Below, piece by piece: positions 1-13,495 of a DNA stretch of 64,000 bases. Source of the stretch: Octopus bimaculoides (Eukaryota). How positions within the stretch are numbered: the stretch's first letter is position 1; every line of letters begins with the position of its first letter. The stretch lies in NCBI RefSeq assembly GCF_001194135.2, contig NC_068990.1, positions 88,489,180-88,553,179 of the forward strand, written 5' to 3'. A program made the translations under genes and the position numbers. The notes beneath the pieces were generated by a model, which ran no database searches, was not told the origin of the DNA, and saw only the letters and a program-made list of their open reading frames with translations.

Positions 1-8
1 CTTTCTAG

Positions 9-242
9 TTGATGAGGATATTTTTACATTTAAAAATATTATCTTAGATGTGCAGGATGTTTTTGAACCACTGACAAATCTGAGCTTGAAGGAGTGTAAT
101 GGAGCTTGTCGTCAGACTCCAGGATGTAACTCTTATAAGTATAATGAAAAGAGAAAGTCCTGTCATGGAAACAATGCAACTTACTTGATCCATGACCTGA
201 AGCCAAACAAAAAGGGTTGGGATACTTACATCATTAACCCAG
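9..242 (+). CDS. Exon B1, PAN/Apple domain
   Basis: ttctag|TT...CCAG|gtcagt; 234 nt; DEDIFTFK...LKECNGACRQTPGCNSYKYNEKRKSC...WDTYIINP (C-x3-C-x5-C-x11-C). Confidence 0.9.
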
Positions 243-329
243 GTCAGTAGGGAGTTTACATTTTATTTATTGCGCATGCAATTACATGTGTGTGTTTGTG
301 TGTCTTTGCATTTATGTACATGTGTGTGT

Positions 330-366
<37 letters not shown>

Positions 367-3300
367 AAAATAAAAGAGAGGTTTGTATGATAGTGTATAG
401 AGGAATATATTATTTAAAAGAGTTCCAACTCTGTCTGTTTTTTATGTTTTATTTATATTCTTATAAAATTAATGTGGGATATAGAATATAGAATATATAA
501 TATAAATAGTAAAATGAAATGAAGTATTGAATGTCTTATTGAATATATGAAATATTGAGTATTAAATATATAAGGACTAGTATACTTTCCTGATGACTGC
601 CATGAGGCAGGAAAGTATACTAGTCCTTATATAAGACATTTGATACTTCATTTCATTGTACTAGTTATATTATATATTCCATATTCTATATCCCACATTA
701 ATTTTATAAGAATATAAATAAAACATAAAAAACAGAGTTGGAACTCTTTTAAATAATATACTTATATATATATACATGATAGCCATCTACTCATGACCAA
801 GGAAGACCATTGCTGACCTTTAAGAATATTGTGCGCTCTAGGACTAATATTTTGCATTTGCAGCTCTGTTGGTGGCTAATGAGCCCTACTCTTGATAAAC
901 ATACATGACTGCAAACATTGCAAATCAAGCTTTCTTCATTCACTACACTAGCAGTGCACTTTCGAGTAGCACGCTTAAATTTTTCATGCAGAATACGTAC
1001 TCTCTCAAAGGTGTCAACCCCCTCCTTAACCTGCTTCCTCCATCTGTAGTGATGACAGGCGTTGCTCTCCCAGACAGTCTCCTGCATATCACAGGCCTTT
1101 ATTGAGGACTTGGCTCAGTCTTTAAATCACAGCCTTGGTTTCTGCCAAGATCTTCTGTTGTATCATTATCAATTTCTGCTCTTTCTCACTCAGCTCCTAA
1201 TATATACTTATAATCAATTCTAGTTTTAGCAAAAGTTAACTGTGGAACTCCAAAAGAGGTTGTTGGTGCATCAAAGTTCTACAGTACCACCAAATATAAA
1301 TCTGAAGTGATCTATATTTGTCCTGGAGACGAAACACTAAAGTCAGTATGTGGGAAGGACAACAAATGGACTTCAGTAGCTCCTATTTGTGAAGGTAACG
1401 TAAATAACTTCTCTTTTGTTGCCTCTGTCTGGATAATTTTGTTTTGTTTTTGTGATAAATGTGTGACTACATACTGTAATAAGATATTATGATTAATTAA
1501 AACTTCACCCTCAGTGGGTTGTGAAATCAGTATTTTAAAGACTTATTCTGGTCATGAAATTCAGAAATGATAACCTCGTAAAGATAATTAGTTTTTTTTT
1601 TTTTTAGTTTTTTTTTTCCCCTGTTAAATGTGTAATTTTGATGAAATATGATTTCTTAGCTTGCTAACATTAAGTTTTGAGTGTCCACATTACTACATAT
1701 TTATATTTATTCACTGAATGATGATGATGATGAAAGGGAAATTACTTCAGTTTTCCCAAGCAAAACATTGTAAAATGTTAAAGTGATGGTTTATAAAAAC
1801 TTGCCATTACTAGGCACATTTACATTCTGAGCTTAAATTCCATTCTTTTACATCCTGAGCTTAAATCCCAATGGGATGTACTTTACCTTTCATACTTCTG
1901 AGGTTGATAAAACAAGCTGTATTCAAGTACTGAAGAATCCTCACTGAAGAATGTATGGCTTTGTGCTTAAGATAGAAACCACTATCATTAATATCTGTAA
2001 CTTCAACAATAGTTATAATTGTACTTGTTCTTAAAGGTGATGCATTGACAGAATCATTAGAGCACCAGATAAAATGTGTTGTGGTATGTGTTTGAGCTCT
2101 TTCAATTCTAAGTTTAAATCCTGCTGATATTAACTCTACCCCTTCAGGGCCAATTAAAATACAATGCCAGTCTTGGGGCCAATTTAATTGAAAATATCCT
2201 ACCTCAAAGATATGGGCTCATATCTGTATTAGAAATTACTATTATTGTTGTTGTTCTTATATTTCATTAGTCTAAATTTTATTTTGAATCTAGATACTAA
2301 GAACCAATTTATGAAAATAAAAGATGCATTTCTGGATGTACCCAACAAAACATTGGTGGACAGCGAAAATGTAACAGCAGAAACCTGTATAGAAAAATGT
2401 TTATCAGACAAAACTTGTTTATCATTTGAACTAACTAAAGAAAGTGGAAAATGTTACTTATTAAAGGAAAATGCAGCTTCTTCCAAGAAATTAAAGCCAA
2501 ACGAAAACAGAGATTACTACCAACGAATTAAACGTAAATATTTTTTGGGTTTTATTATTGGAATTCTCTTCCCAATTTTTTTCTGAAATTTGTGATTCCT
2601 AGTAGAGACCTCATCATCTTTTTTGAAATTTCACTTGAAAAGGTAGCTGATGGTGGAGAAGGAGGTGCTGTCCTTGTGTGAATTTATCTATTGGTGGGTG
2701 GAAGTGGCAAAAATGGCAAGAATAGATGGCACCACTATAAGTATAGTTTTGTGAGTCAGAGAACAGGAATTGGAGTGGCACTCGCCCTAAGTGCTCAGGG
2801 AGATCTTGAATGGTGGGCTTCCTTGATTGACCCCAGATGTCCTCCTACATCAAGAGAGTCATGACTATCACCCCATTCTTTCTAGTGATGTATACTATGT
2901 ATACGTTTTTCTTTTCCTTATACTGTATACTGTGAGTACTTACTACATTTCTTCTTACCATTATATTCTACGTCAATCACCACACTTTGTGTCCATCTTT
3001 GGGTCATACCCACAGCCATCACCCTGAAGGCAAATAAAAGGAATTGTTCTTCTTTCACAGATTTTTGGAAAATATTTAATTATATAGAAGTAGCATGTAA
3101 ACGAAATTCTAAATAAAATATGATAAAGCCATCTGGTGCATTGTTTTATAAAGGGATAATTTATTATAAAAACACAATCTGATTAAACATTTTTTACAAT
3201 AAGATACCTTCCCAGAATTCATGTGAATTTTAATACATCATGAGAGATAGTCAAAACGTCATCTCAATGTTTAGGATGTAGATAATCCAATTGTATATCA

Positions 3301-4081
3301 CTCTTCTGATGGTTTGCTTTTGTTTAATATTAAGTGGCTATAACAACACTTGACACTTGTTTAAGGGGGCACTGACCCTAAAAAAATTATACCATTAAAG
3401 AAGAGATGAACAAATGAATTAACTGCAGCCTAAATATTGAGACAAGGTTTCCAATAAGTTTGAAGAAGTTCTACAACTCACATGAATTATGATTAGGGTA
3501 TCATTTTGTTGATGAATTATTTGCTTATTATAAATTATCTATTTTAAAAAAATTATGCACCGTGTACTTTGTAATGTTTAATGTGTGCATGTTTTTGTGT
3601 GTGTATAAAATGTACTTCTTGTTTCCTTTTTTTACCTTCCAGCCAATGAAGAGCATATTATGCTTAAAAAAGTTAGTATACCTGGGCGAGATATTCTAGA
3701 AGTGCTTCGTAATATAGACTTAAAGAAGTGTAATAAAGCTTGTCATCAATATCCAGGATGCAATTCTTATGCATATGATGAGAAAAAACACATCTGTAGC
3801 CTGAGTGATGTTTCTCAGTTGACTGGTGAACTTAAACCCAATAATGTAAGTGCCGATATTTACATCATTAACCCAGGTCAGTAGAATATTTCCATCTTAT
3901 TTATTGTCTGCATGTCTGTGTGTCTATTTATATACATATATGAATGTAGTGTGCAATCTCTTATTTGACTCTGTACTTCACAAAAACTTTCTTTTCTGAA
4001 GCATATTTATATTGAGTTCTAACACCAGATTATTATTATCACTATGCCTTAGTGAAAAATGAAAATACATACATAATCGTG

Positions 4082-4114
<33 letters not shown>

Positions 4115-7100
4115 ACATCCATATATGTATGTATCATCATCATCATCATCATCATCGTTTAACGTCTGCTTTCTATGCTAGCATGAGTTGGATGATTTGA
4201 CTGAGGACTGGCGAACCAGATGGCTGCACCAGTCTCCAATCTGATCTGGCAGAGTTTCTACAGCTGGATGCCCTTCCTAACACCAACCACTCCAAGAGTG
4301 TAGTGGGTGCTTTTACGTGCCACCGGCACGAGGGCCAGTCTGGCAGTACTGACAACGGCCACGCTCAAATGGTGTTTTTTACGTGTCACCTGCACAGGAG
4401 ACAGTCCAGTGGCACTGGCAACAACCTCGCTCGAATGTTTTGTTCACGTACCAGTAAGGTGATGCTGGTAACAATCACGCTCAAATGATGCTTTTTACGT
4501 ACCACCGGCACAGAAGCCAGACAGCTGCTCTGGCAGTGGTCCTGCTCAGATGGAGGTGTTAGCGCTCCACTGGCACAGGTGCCAGTCGTCGAATTTGGTT
4601 TGATTTTGATTTCACTTGCCTCAACAGGTCTTCGCAAGCAGAGTTTTGTATCCAAAGAAGGAAAGGTACGCATAAGTGAGCTGGCTACACAACTGATAAA
4701 GGCCACGGGTTATGGTCTCACTTGTCTTGCTGGGTTTTCTCACACACAGCATATTTCCAAAGGTCTCAGTCACTAGTCATTGCCTCAGTGAGGCCTAATG
4801 TTCGAAGGTCGTGCTTCACCACCTCATCCCAGGTCTTCCTGGGTCTACCTTTTCCACAGGTTCCCTCAACCGCTAGGTGTGACACTTTTTCACACAGCTA
4901 TCCTCATCCATTCTCACCTCATGACCATACCAGCGCAATCATCTCTCTTGCACACCACAACTGATGCTTCTTAGGTTCAACTAGAAAAAGGAGGAAGTCA
5001 GAATTTTGGATAATTGTTATTTAGTGCTTTCACCTCATTTCAGAGAATCATCAGGAATAGTATTTTTACAGAAAATATCATTTATGTATATGTGAGTTAG
5101 TTGGAAAACTCTAGAATTGAATTAGAAAGAGAATGTTCTTTGTCATTTCAAGTTTCTGTGTGTGTAAGTATCTGTATGTGGCAAATTTTTTGAGGAAGGG
5201 AGAAAATAGGAAAAATGAAAGAATGAGGATGATGCAAATCAGTATCAATTGAATCCCTCAAGGAGACATAGGCAGTGCCGACAGATGACCGATGACCCTG
5301 TCTCATGCAAAAGAGTGATCAGTGACAGCTTTGTACACACTGATCTTAGTACCTTTATTCAGAGGGTTTTTGTTCCAGACTCTTTTGTGCTGTCTGCCAA
5401 ATGCACTTTCTGCCTTGACCAGTCTGTTGCCAACCACCTTGTTGATTTTGTTATTTGATGAACTCATGCACTTTAAGTAGGTGAACTGGTTAACTGCCTT
5501 TAGTTCAGTCTCACTGATGGTGATGTGAAGCAGGTATTATTCTTGCCATGGCGCACGTTGATAGAAGACTGTTATTTTCATTAAACTGACTTCTAAGCTA
5601 AAATACTAAGCTGCTTTTGTAAAGCAAGAGTTAATATCTTTGCCTGGGCAACAAAAACAACAGCATCTGCAAAAAGTAATTCATAAATAGCTTTTTCTGT
5701 TGTTCTGGTGTGATTTTATAGGTGCCTCAAGTTGAAATGTCTGTCATCGGTATGGTGCAGGATGTAGTGTGGATGCCATCTTCATCATCAGCATCATAGT
5801 CAAGAAGATAGAGAAAAGGGTTGGGATGTGGACATAGCCTTGCTTCACATCATTGCCAGCAGAAAAGGGCTTGGAAAGACTGTTGCTGTGCATGGTCTGG
5901 CCCTGTCAGTTGTCATATAGCTAGATGATCATGTTGAGGAATTTGAGGGAACATCCAAAACACTTCAGGATTTGCTCTAGACCTCTTCTGCACAGTGTCA
6001 AATGCTTTGGTGAGGTCAACAAAGGTAATGTGAAGTCCTTTGTTTTTACTTTCTGAATTCCTATTGGAGTTGTCTCATGCTTGCTCAGAAACTGCAATGG
6101 GTTTCTGAAAGGTTTTCTTCTACAATAGTGAGCAGTACTTTCACAAAGATTTTGCTCACAATAGAGAACAAGTGACCCAGATCAGTAGAATATTTCCATC
6201 TTGTTGGACTTAAAGAAGTGTAATAAAGCTTACCATCAATATCCAGGATGTAATTCTTATGCATATGATGGAAAAGAAGAGGAGTAGTTGGAGCCAACCA
6301 CACACCTAGACACCAACTCAGATATTTCCACCTCCCCATTTATACATACTCATGTACACATATTGTTGGATGACCACACCCACCTCACCAAGCAAGCTTG
6401 ATGGGGTTGCCAGTTTGGTCGCTAACGACCCAACCATGCAACAGGTTGTACTGGGTTACATGTTACCAGTAGCTCTCAAGAGTGACTTGACATACATACA
6501 CACACACACACACACATACATACATACATACATACATTCATTCATTCATTCATTCATTCATTCATTCATCTATTTATTTATCTGTGTGCAAATTACTTCA
6601 GTTTGTTTCACTTAATACTTTTTATTGTAACATTGTCATTTTCTCATCATTTTAACCCTCTTTCTAACATAATGCATCCCATTGATATCAATTTGTTTTT
6701 TTAACTTCAGCTTACACAAAAGTTAACTGTGGGCCTCCAAATGATGTTATTGGAGCATCAAAGTCTTACAAAACCACCACCTATAAATCTGAAGTGACCT
6801 ACTCTTGCCCAAAGGGAGAAAAACTAAAGTCAATATGTAACAAGGACAACAAATGGAGTCCAGTAGCACCTGTTTGTAAAGGTAATGTAAAAAACTTCTC
6901 TTTTGTTACCTCTGTCTTTGTAATTTTGTTAGGATTTTTTTTCTTTAAATCAAATTTTATATTCTTTCCCCATTTTTATACCTGGAAACAAACCTTTTTT
7001 AATACCTCACTTCTGCATATATCCAGATGCCTAAATTATATATCATAAAACCCCATCTTTGAAACAGAATTGAAGAAATATTTATAAATACATAGCCCAC

Positions 7101-9258
7101 ACACTTTACTTCCATGAAACACAAGGGTTAAAATCTCTTCAAATCAAATTGCTTATGTAACAATGAACACCAAGAGAGAGAGAGAGAGAGAGAGATACAA
7201 CAAACAACTTTACACCTACCAAAATCCTTTTGTGAACATCAAAGCACAAGATAAACAAGTTTCTATACTATCAACACTGTGACATGCCTGACTAATAACC
7301 CCCACCTTCCAATTAAAACAGAAAATACCTTAAATAACAACTAGAACAAGTAAAGAAATTTCATTTTTGTATGTGGTCTGCAAGATTCTGGGGAGAGTCA
7401 TTTTATTTTAGTACCTTATTAGTTTAACTCACCAATTTCCACTCATTTACTTATTTATTTTTACTACATACATATCTGTATGTGCATGCACACTGACGTA
7501 CACACATATGCACAAAAAAAAAAGAACACAATTCTGATAATGGATAAAGTCAATAACTATTGAAAAGTTTGTAAGTCGCAACGGAAATTTTAGTGAAAAT
7601 AAGTAAGTAAATGAGTGGAAATTGGCGAATGTGTTAAATTAATAGGGCACTAAAAGAGAATGACTTTCCCCAGACACAATAAAATATGCTTCAACACACG
7701 AATTTACATAAAGAATCTTGCAAACCACAGGCAAAAACGAAATAAGATAAGCTTTGGCCAAGCTAGCAAGATGCTGAAAAACACTGTGTTCTGCTGTCTA
7801 ACAATCAAAATAGCTACCTGATAGCTCAACTTCATTAAAACATGCATCTCCACCAAGCTATACATAAAATCTGTTAATTTAGTTATCCAGTGGCTAGGAT
7901 TCACAGAACATCAAGCTAGAAGACTAAAACACACGATGTTACAAAACATCAAAAAGAAAATATACGCAGAAATCAACCAGTACCAGAAACGAAAGAAGGT
8001 CCTACTGCATGAACTGAAGAACACCACCACACAACACAAAAGAGACAGATTCATGACAAACATCCAGCAAGAATACCACCAAGTAAACCATGCCTGTAAC
8101 AAACATTTCAACAACTTCAACATGATAAGAATCAACACAGATCTCTGCATTCACAACTCACATCCCACTTCTATGTAGTATACTTGTTCATACACAAGCA
8201 ACATACAATCTGCCTTTCATCCAGAGAAAGGGAACTTTTGTTGCTAACAGAGGTAATAGCTCTCTGAACTTTCTCCATCTTATTCTTAATCTAGCAACTA
8301 TATACATTCAGAACATCTTCCTCTGCTGTTAATTAGGTCACCCGTGTAAAAGAAACTATGTACAGCCTCTAGGGAACTTCCAGGGCATTTGAGAAAATTC
8401 AATTCGTATGTGTCCTTAGTGTTTATTGTTCCTGCACATCTGTCACATACAAAGACTACTTTTTCTATTAACCTTCCTGTAATTTCACTGCATCTTTTAT
8501 GTGTCCATAGCTTACACTGGGTACCCCATATGAAATTCCAGCCAAAACCTTTCCTACATATCAAGCAGAGTATACACACAATATACTTCACCTTTGGCAT
8601 CAATTTCTGTTTTCAATTTCAGTTTATGCACACATTAACTGTGGACCTCCAAAGGAAGTTGTTGGTGCATTAATGACCTACAAAACCACCATCTATAAAT
8701 CTAATGTGACCTATACTTGTCCAAAGGGAGAACAGCTAAAATCAACATGTGAAAGGGGCAGTAGATGGACTTACGTAGTGTCTGCTTGTAATGGTAATGT
8801 AAATTCATTCCTTTTTCCTACCTCGGTCTACATAATTTTGTCTTATTTTTGTTTTAAATATATTATTGTCAGTGGAAACTGGTCTAATACATGAAAAGTT
8901 CCACGGTGTTTGTGGCTGGTTGCAAGGAGGGAGGAAGTTCCACAGATCTTCCTAAATGTTTGCAAGAGCGGACATCATAAATTTTACCAAAGAGCCAGGT
9001 AATGCTATTCAATAAGATGATGGATTAAGTCTGCCTACCAAGAGCTGGAAATGTAGAAACTTGTCTCCAGCAAGTTCCCACAAAGATTGCATCCACTAAG
9101 CTGCATCACAAGGCTTAGTTGAAGCTAATGTTCAGGTTGTATTCAACGCTGGCAGTATATTCTCCACATCATACAAATTATATATATATATACATTATAT
9201 AAGGATTTACTTTTCGTAATGAGATAAAAAACCAAGGCTGTGTACATTATAGAACATT

Positions 9259-9299
<41 letters not shown>

Positions 9300-9705
9300 C
9301 ATTCCCATTAAATAGTACTTTTCAATTTCGCAATCGGAGGAACCAGATTGAAAACTGTTTTGCACATCGGTCTCAACGAAGCTCACACGTTAGTATTGAA
9401 GGAGAATTTCATTACTTTATTCCGTAGGTGTGAAGACTTAATGCATGCTTTTATTTTATCAGATCTTGTTCATCTCAGAATGACTGGCAATGTCTGTTTG
9501 AAGTCTCCTGATAAAGCTAATGTAACTCCTCCCATAAATTTATTGTTGCCTCTGATGCCCTGTAAGGTCTTACCAAGAACTTCCATTGCATCTCTATGTG
9601 ACATGGTGCATTCATCCCAAATGATAAGGTGGTATTGGCACAACACTTCTGCTGAACCTGAATCTTAGCTTATGTTACTTGTGACTAGGTTTAGTGGATG
9701 CATAT

Positions 9706-9778
<73 letters not shown>

Positions 9779-12700
9779 AAACAGATGCATGCATGCACCG
9801 ACACAGAGGCCAGTCAGGTAGCACTGGCATCGGCCATGCTTGAATGGTGCTTTTTATGTGCCACCGACACTGGAGCCAGTCAGGTGGCACTGGCATCAAC
9901 CACACTCGAATGATCATTCACATAACATACCTATGCTATGTGAATAATATTTTGAAAACAAAAGTGTTTAATGTTTTATTTCATATATATATTTGTGTGT
10001 GTGTGTGTGTGTGTGCGTGTGAAATTGATTGACTAAATACAATTTATGATAAAAATTTACAGTTTTGTTTTGATTAAAGTACCAGCATTTTTGGAGCAAT
10101 AGATTTAAATGTTGTTCACCAGCTCTAGTCCCTCTGATTGTCACCTACTCCTACTCCATTTGTTATTTTACTTTTCTTTTGCTAGTGTGACTAATTAGAC
10201 ACACATTACATTTTATTATATGTATGATTATTGCTGGTGTTGTTGTTACTTTTCATTTGTCTCAATTTTACTCTAATTCCAGTTACTAAGATCTATTTTG
10301 TGCAAGTAAGAGGTGCATTTCTGGATATAGCTGGGAAAGTATTAGTTGACGAGGAAAATGTAACAGCAGAAGCCTGTGCAGAAAAATGTTTGACTGACAA
10401 AACTTGTTTATCATTTGAAATAAATAAAGACAATGAAAAATGTTACTTATCAAAGGAAAGTGCAACACACTCCCAGAAAATAAAAACAATCAAAGCCATA
10501 GACTACTATCAGCGAGTAGACCGTAATTATTCTTTGTATTTCAAGATTATATTTTCTCTTATTTTTCTGACCCTGAGAACAACAATCAGGTGAAAGGAAT
10601 GATTGCACATGCAATAGGGGCTAGCATAAGAACCACATAGTAAAGTTTAACAAAACACTATACATGCAGGTTCAAGGTGCAGGCATTGGTGTCAGTGTAG
10701 CTGGAGATATGGCCAGCCTCTTTATGACCTGGTGGGACAGAAAACTTAAGCAATCCTTAGCAGAACAGTCCATAATTCTTCTACTTTACAGTAGGTATGT
10801 AAACAACATTAATATCCAAGTTAAGACCAACTCAAGTAATGGTAATGTAGAAAGTGAGAGGAACATAATGGAGAGCATCCAGCAAGTAGCCAACTCCATC
10901 CACCAAAGTATCAAGGTAACTATAGATTACCCCACTAGGCACCCTAACAATAGACTCCCCGTCCTACATACTGAACTTTAGTTAGAGACAGTGAACAACA
11001 GAGTGCAGCTCTTCCACTCCTATTACACGAAACCCATAGCTTCTAAATATGTTGTTCACAAGAACTCAGCTTTTTCACAAAGCATGAAAATTAACATATT
11101 GATAGCAGACTTAGTCAGGCTAATGAACAACGTGTCCCCATTATGCAGACCCTATGAAACGAAGAAACATTTACAGAACTTCATGCATCGCATGCACTTC
11201 TCTGGATATGATCAGAAAGATAGGGTTCGAGTATACAGGGGTGCTAGAAAGACATTAGATAGCATTATATGTAATGAAACCAGTGGTACCTGCCCTAGAT
11301 ATAGAAGCAGAGACCGGAATAGGATACAAAGAACTTGTGACAAAGCAAACAGGGTGAACACATGGTATAAAACTGACAAATATCAAGGAGTGATGTTTGT
11401 AGAAGCCACAGCCCGTGGAGAACTAACCCATAGATTTAGGAAAGCTCTGAAGGAGACTAAACTCAACATTAAGATTGTTGAAAAGCCAGGGAACACTATC
11501 AGATCACAACAATGTAAGATGTACTCCTTTGAGAATGCCATATACACCAATGATAACTGCATGGTATGTAGGATTAGCCCTGACATTAACTGTAGAACTA
11601 GAAATGTAGTCTACAGCATAAGATGCATAGAAGGTGCTTGTAAAGACATGAACATGACATACACAGGTGAGACATCTGGGACCATTGTGGAAAGACTAAA
11701 TGAACATTTGAGACAACATGACAAAAAACAGTCCTCCATACTCTATCAACATGGAGGCAACTGGATCAACTTCACATCTGCATTTTATCCAAGCATCCAA
11801 AGGACCCAACCCTCAGGCAAATACAGGAGTACCTCTTCATAAATGAATCATCCCAATACTAAATAGGAAATATATGTAGTAGGTAATCATACACACAGTT
11901 TATATTTATATACTGGTACAATAGTTAGTGGGCCGTTATGTAGATGTGTGCATGTATGTGTGTATGTATGTATATGCACATGTATGTAGGCAAATGGATA
12001 TGAAAGTAAGCAGATAGACATACAGATGGATAGGTACATAGGTAATATGGACAGACACACACACACATGCAAACACTCACACACAAAAACACATGAATAT
12101 GCAGTATACATATGTACAAACATACACACACACACACATACATTATATATACATACGCACATACATACATGTGTATGCATACACACACTGACCCACACAC
12201 ATGTGCACAAACAAACAAAAAGACAGCTTGGCTAACAGACAGGGTCAACAGCTATTGAAAGGGTTGCGAGACACAACAAAAATTTTAGTTAAAAAAAAAT
12301 AATTAAGTAAATGAGTGGAAATTTTACCAGTGAGAGTATTAAATTATAAGACACTAAAAGAGAATGACTTTCCCCAGACAAAACAGAATTTCACTTTATA
12401 GCTATTTGTAAAATAAAAGAACTATGCAAAAATATCAGCATTTGAAATTTTGATTAAAATAGCAGAAAATTAACCATGCATTGTTTTATAAATGGCCTAT
12501 GTACAACTAAAAACCAAATTCATCCACAAAATAGTTTGTTAGCATAAAACACCCCTCTCAGAATTAATGTGAATTCTGCTACATCATGAGATGTACATGG
12601 AACTTCACTTCAATGTTTAGGTTGTAGATAATCCATTTATACATCCCTATTCCAATGGTGTGCTTTTGTTTAAAGCTAAATGGCTGTAATAACACAAGTT

Positions 12701-13425
12701 GACCACCTTTTTAATTATGTAATGACTCTACAAAAGCACACCATTACAGAAGAGACATACAAATGCATTGTCTTGAGCCTAAGTAGTGAGACAAGGTTTC
12801 CATTAAGTTTTGAAGAAGTTATACAACTCATGAATTTTAATGAAGATGTCATTTCATGGATCAATTATTTGTTTACAATAAATTAAACATTTACAAAATT
12901 TTGTACCAGATAGATTACAATATTTGATATGTATGGTGTATGTGTGTGTTTGAGTGGGTGGACATGTGTAAAATGTATTTCTTGTTTTCTTTTTTTTATC
13001 CAGCCAATGGAGAGCCTCTTGTGCTTAAAAATACTAGCATACCAAGCAAACATACATTTGCACATCTTGAGAATTTAACCGTAGATGGTTGTCAAGAAGC
13101 TTGTTATCTATATTCAGACTGTTCATCATATTCATTCAATATCAAAGCTAAGGTCTGTGAACTGAGTAATGTGACTGAGTTGAGTAATTTAATTCACCAT
13201 GACAGTGAAAGTTTGGAGGTACATGTTCTTAACCCAGGTCAGTGAATTCTTCCCTTGTTATTTATTGTGTGCATACCTGTGTGTATTTACATACATACTT
13301 GTGTGTGTGTGTGTATTTACCTATCTATCTATCTGTTTGTCTGTCTGTCTGTCTGTCTATCTATCTAGCTTTTTATCTATTTATCTATCTATGTATCTCT
13401 CCCTTCTCTCTCCCCTTCTCTCTCC

Positions 13426-13495
<70 letters not shown>

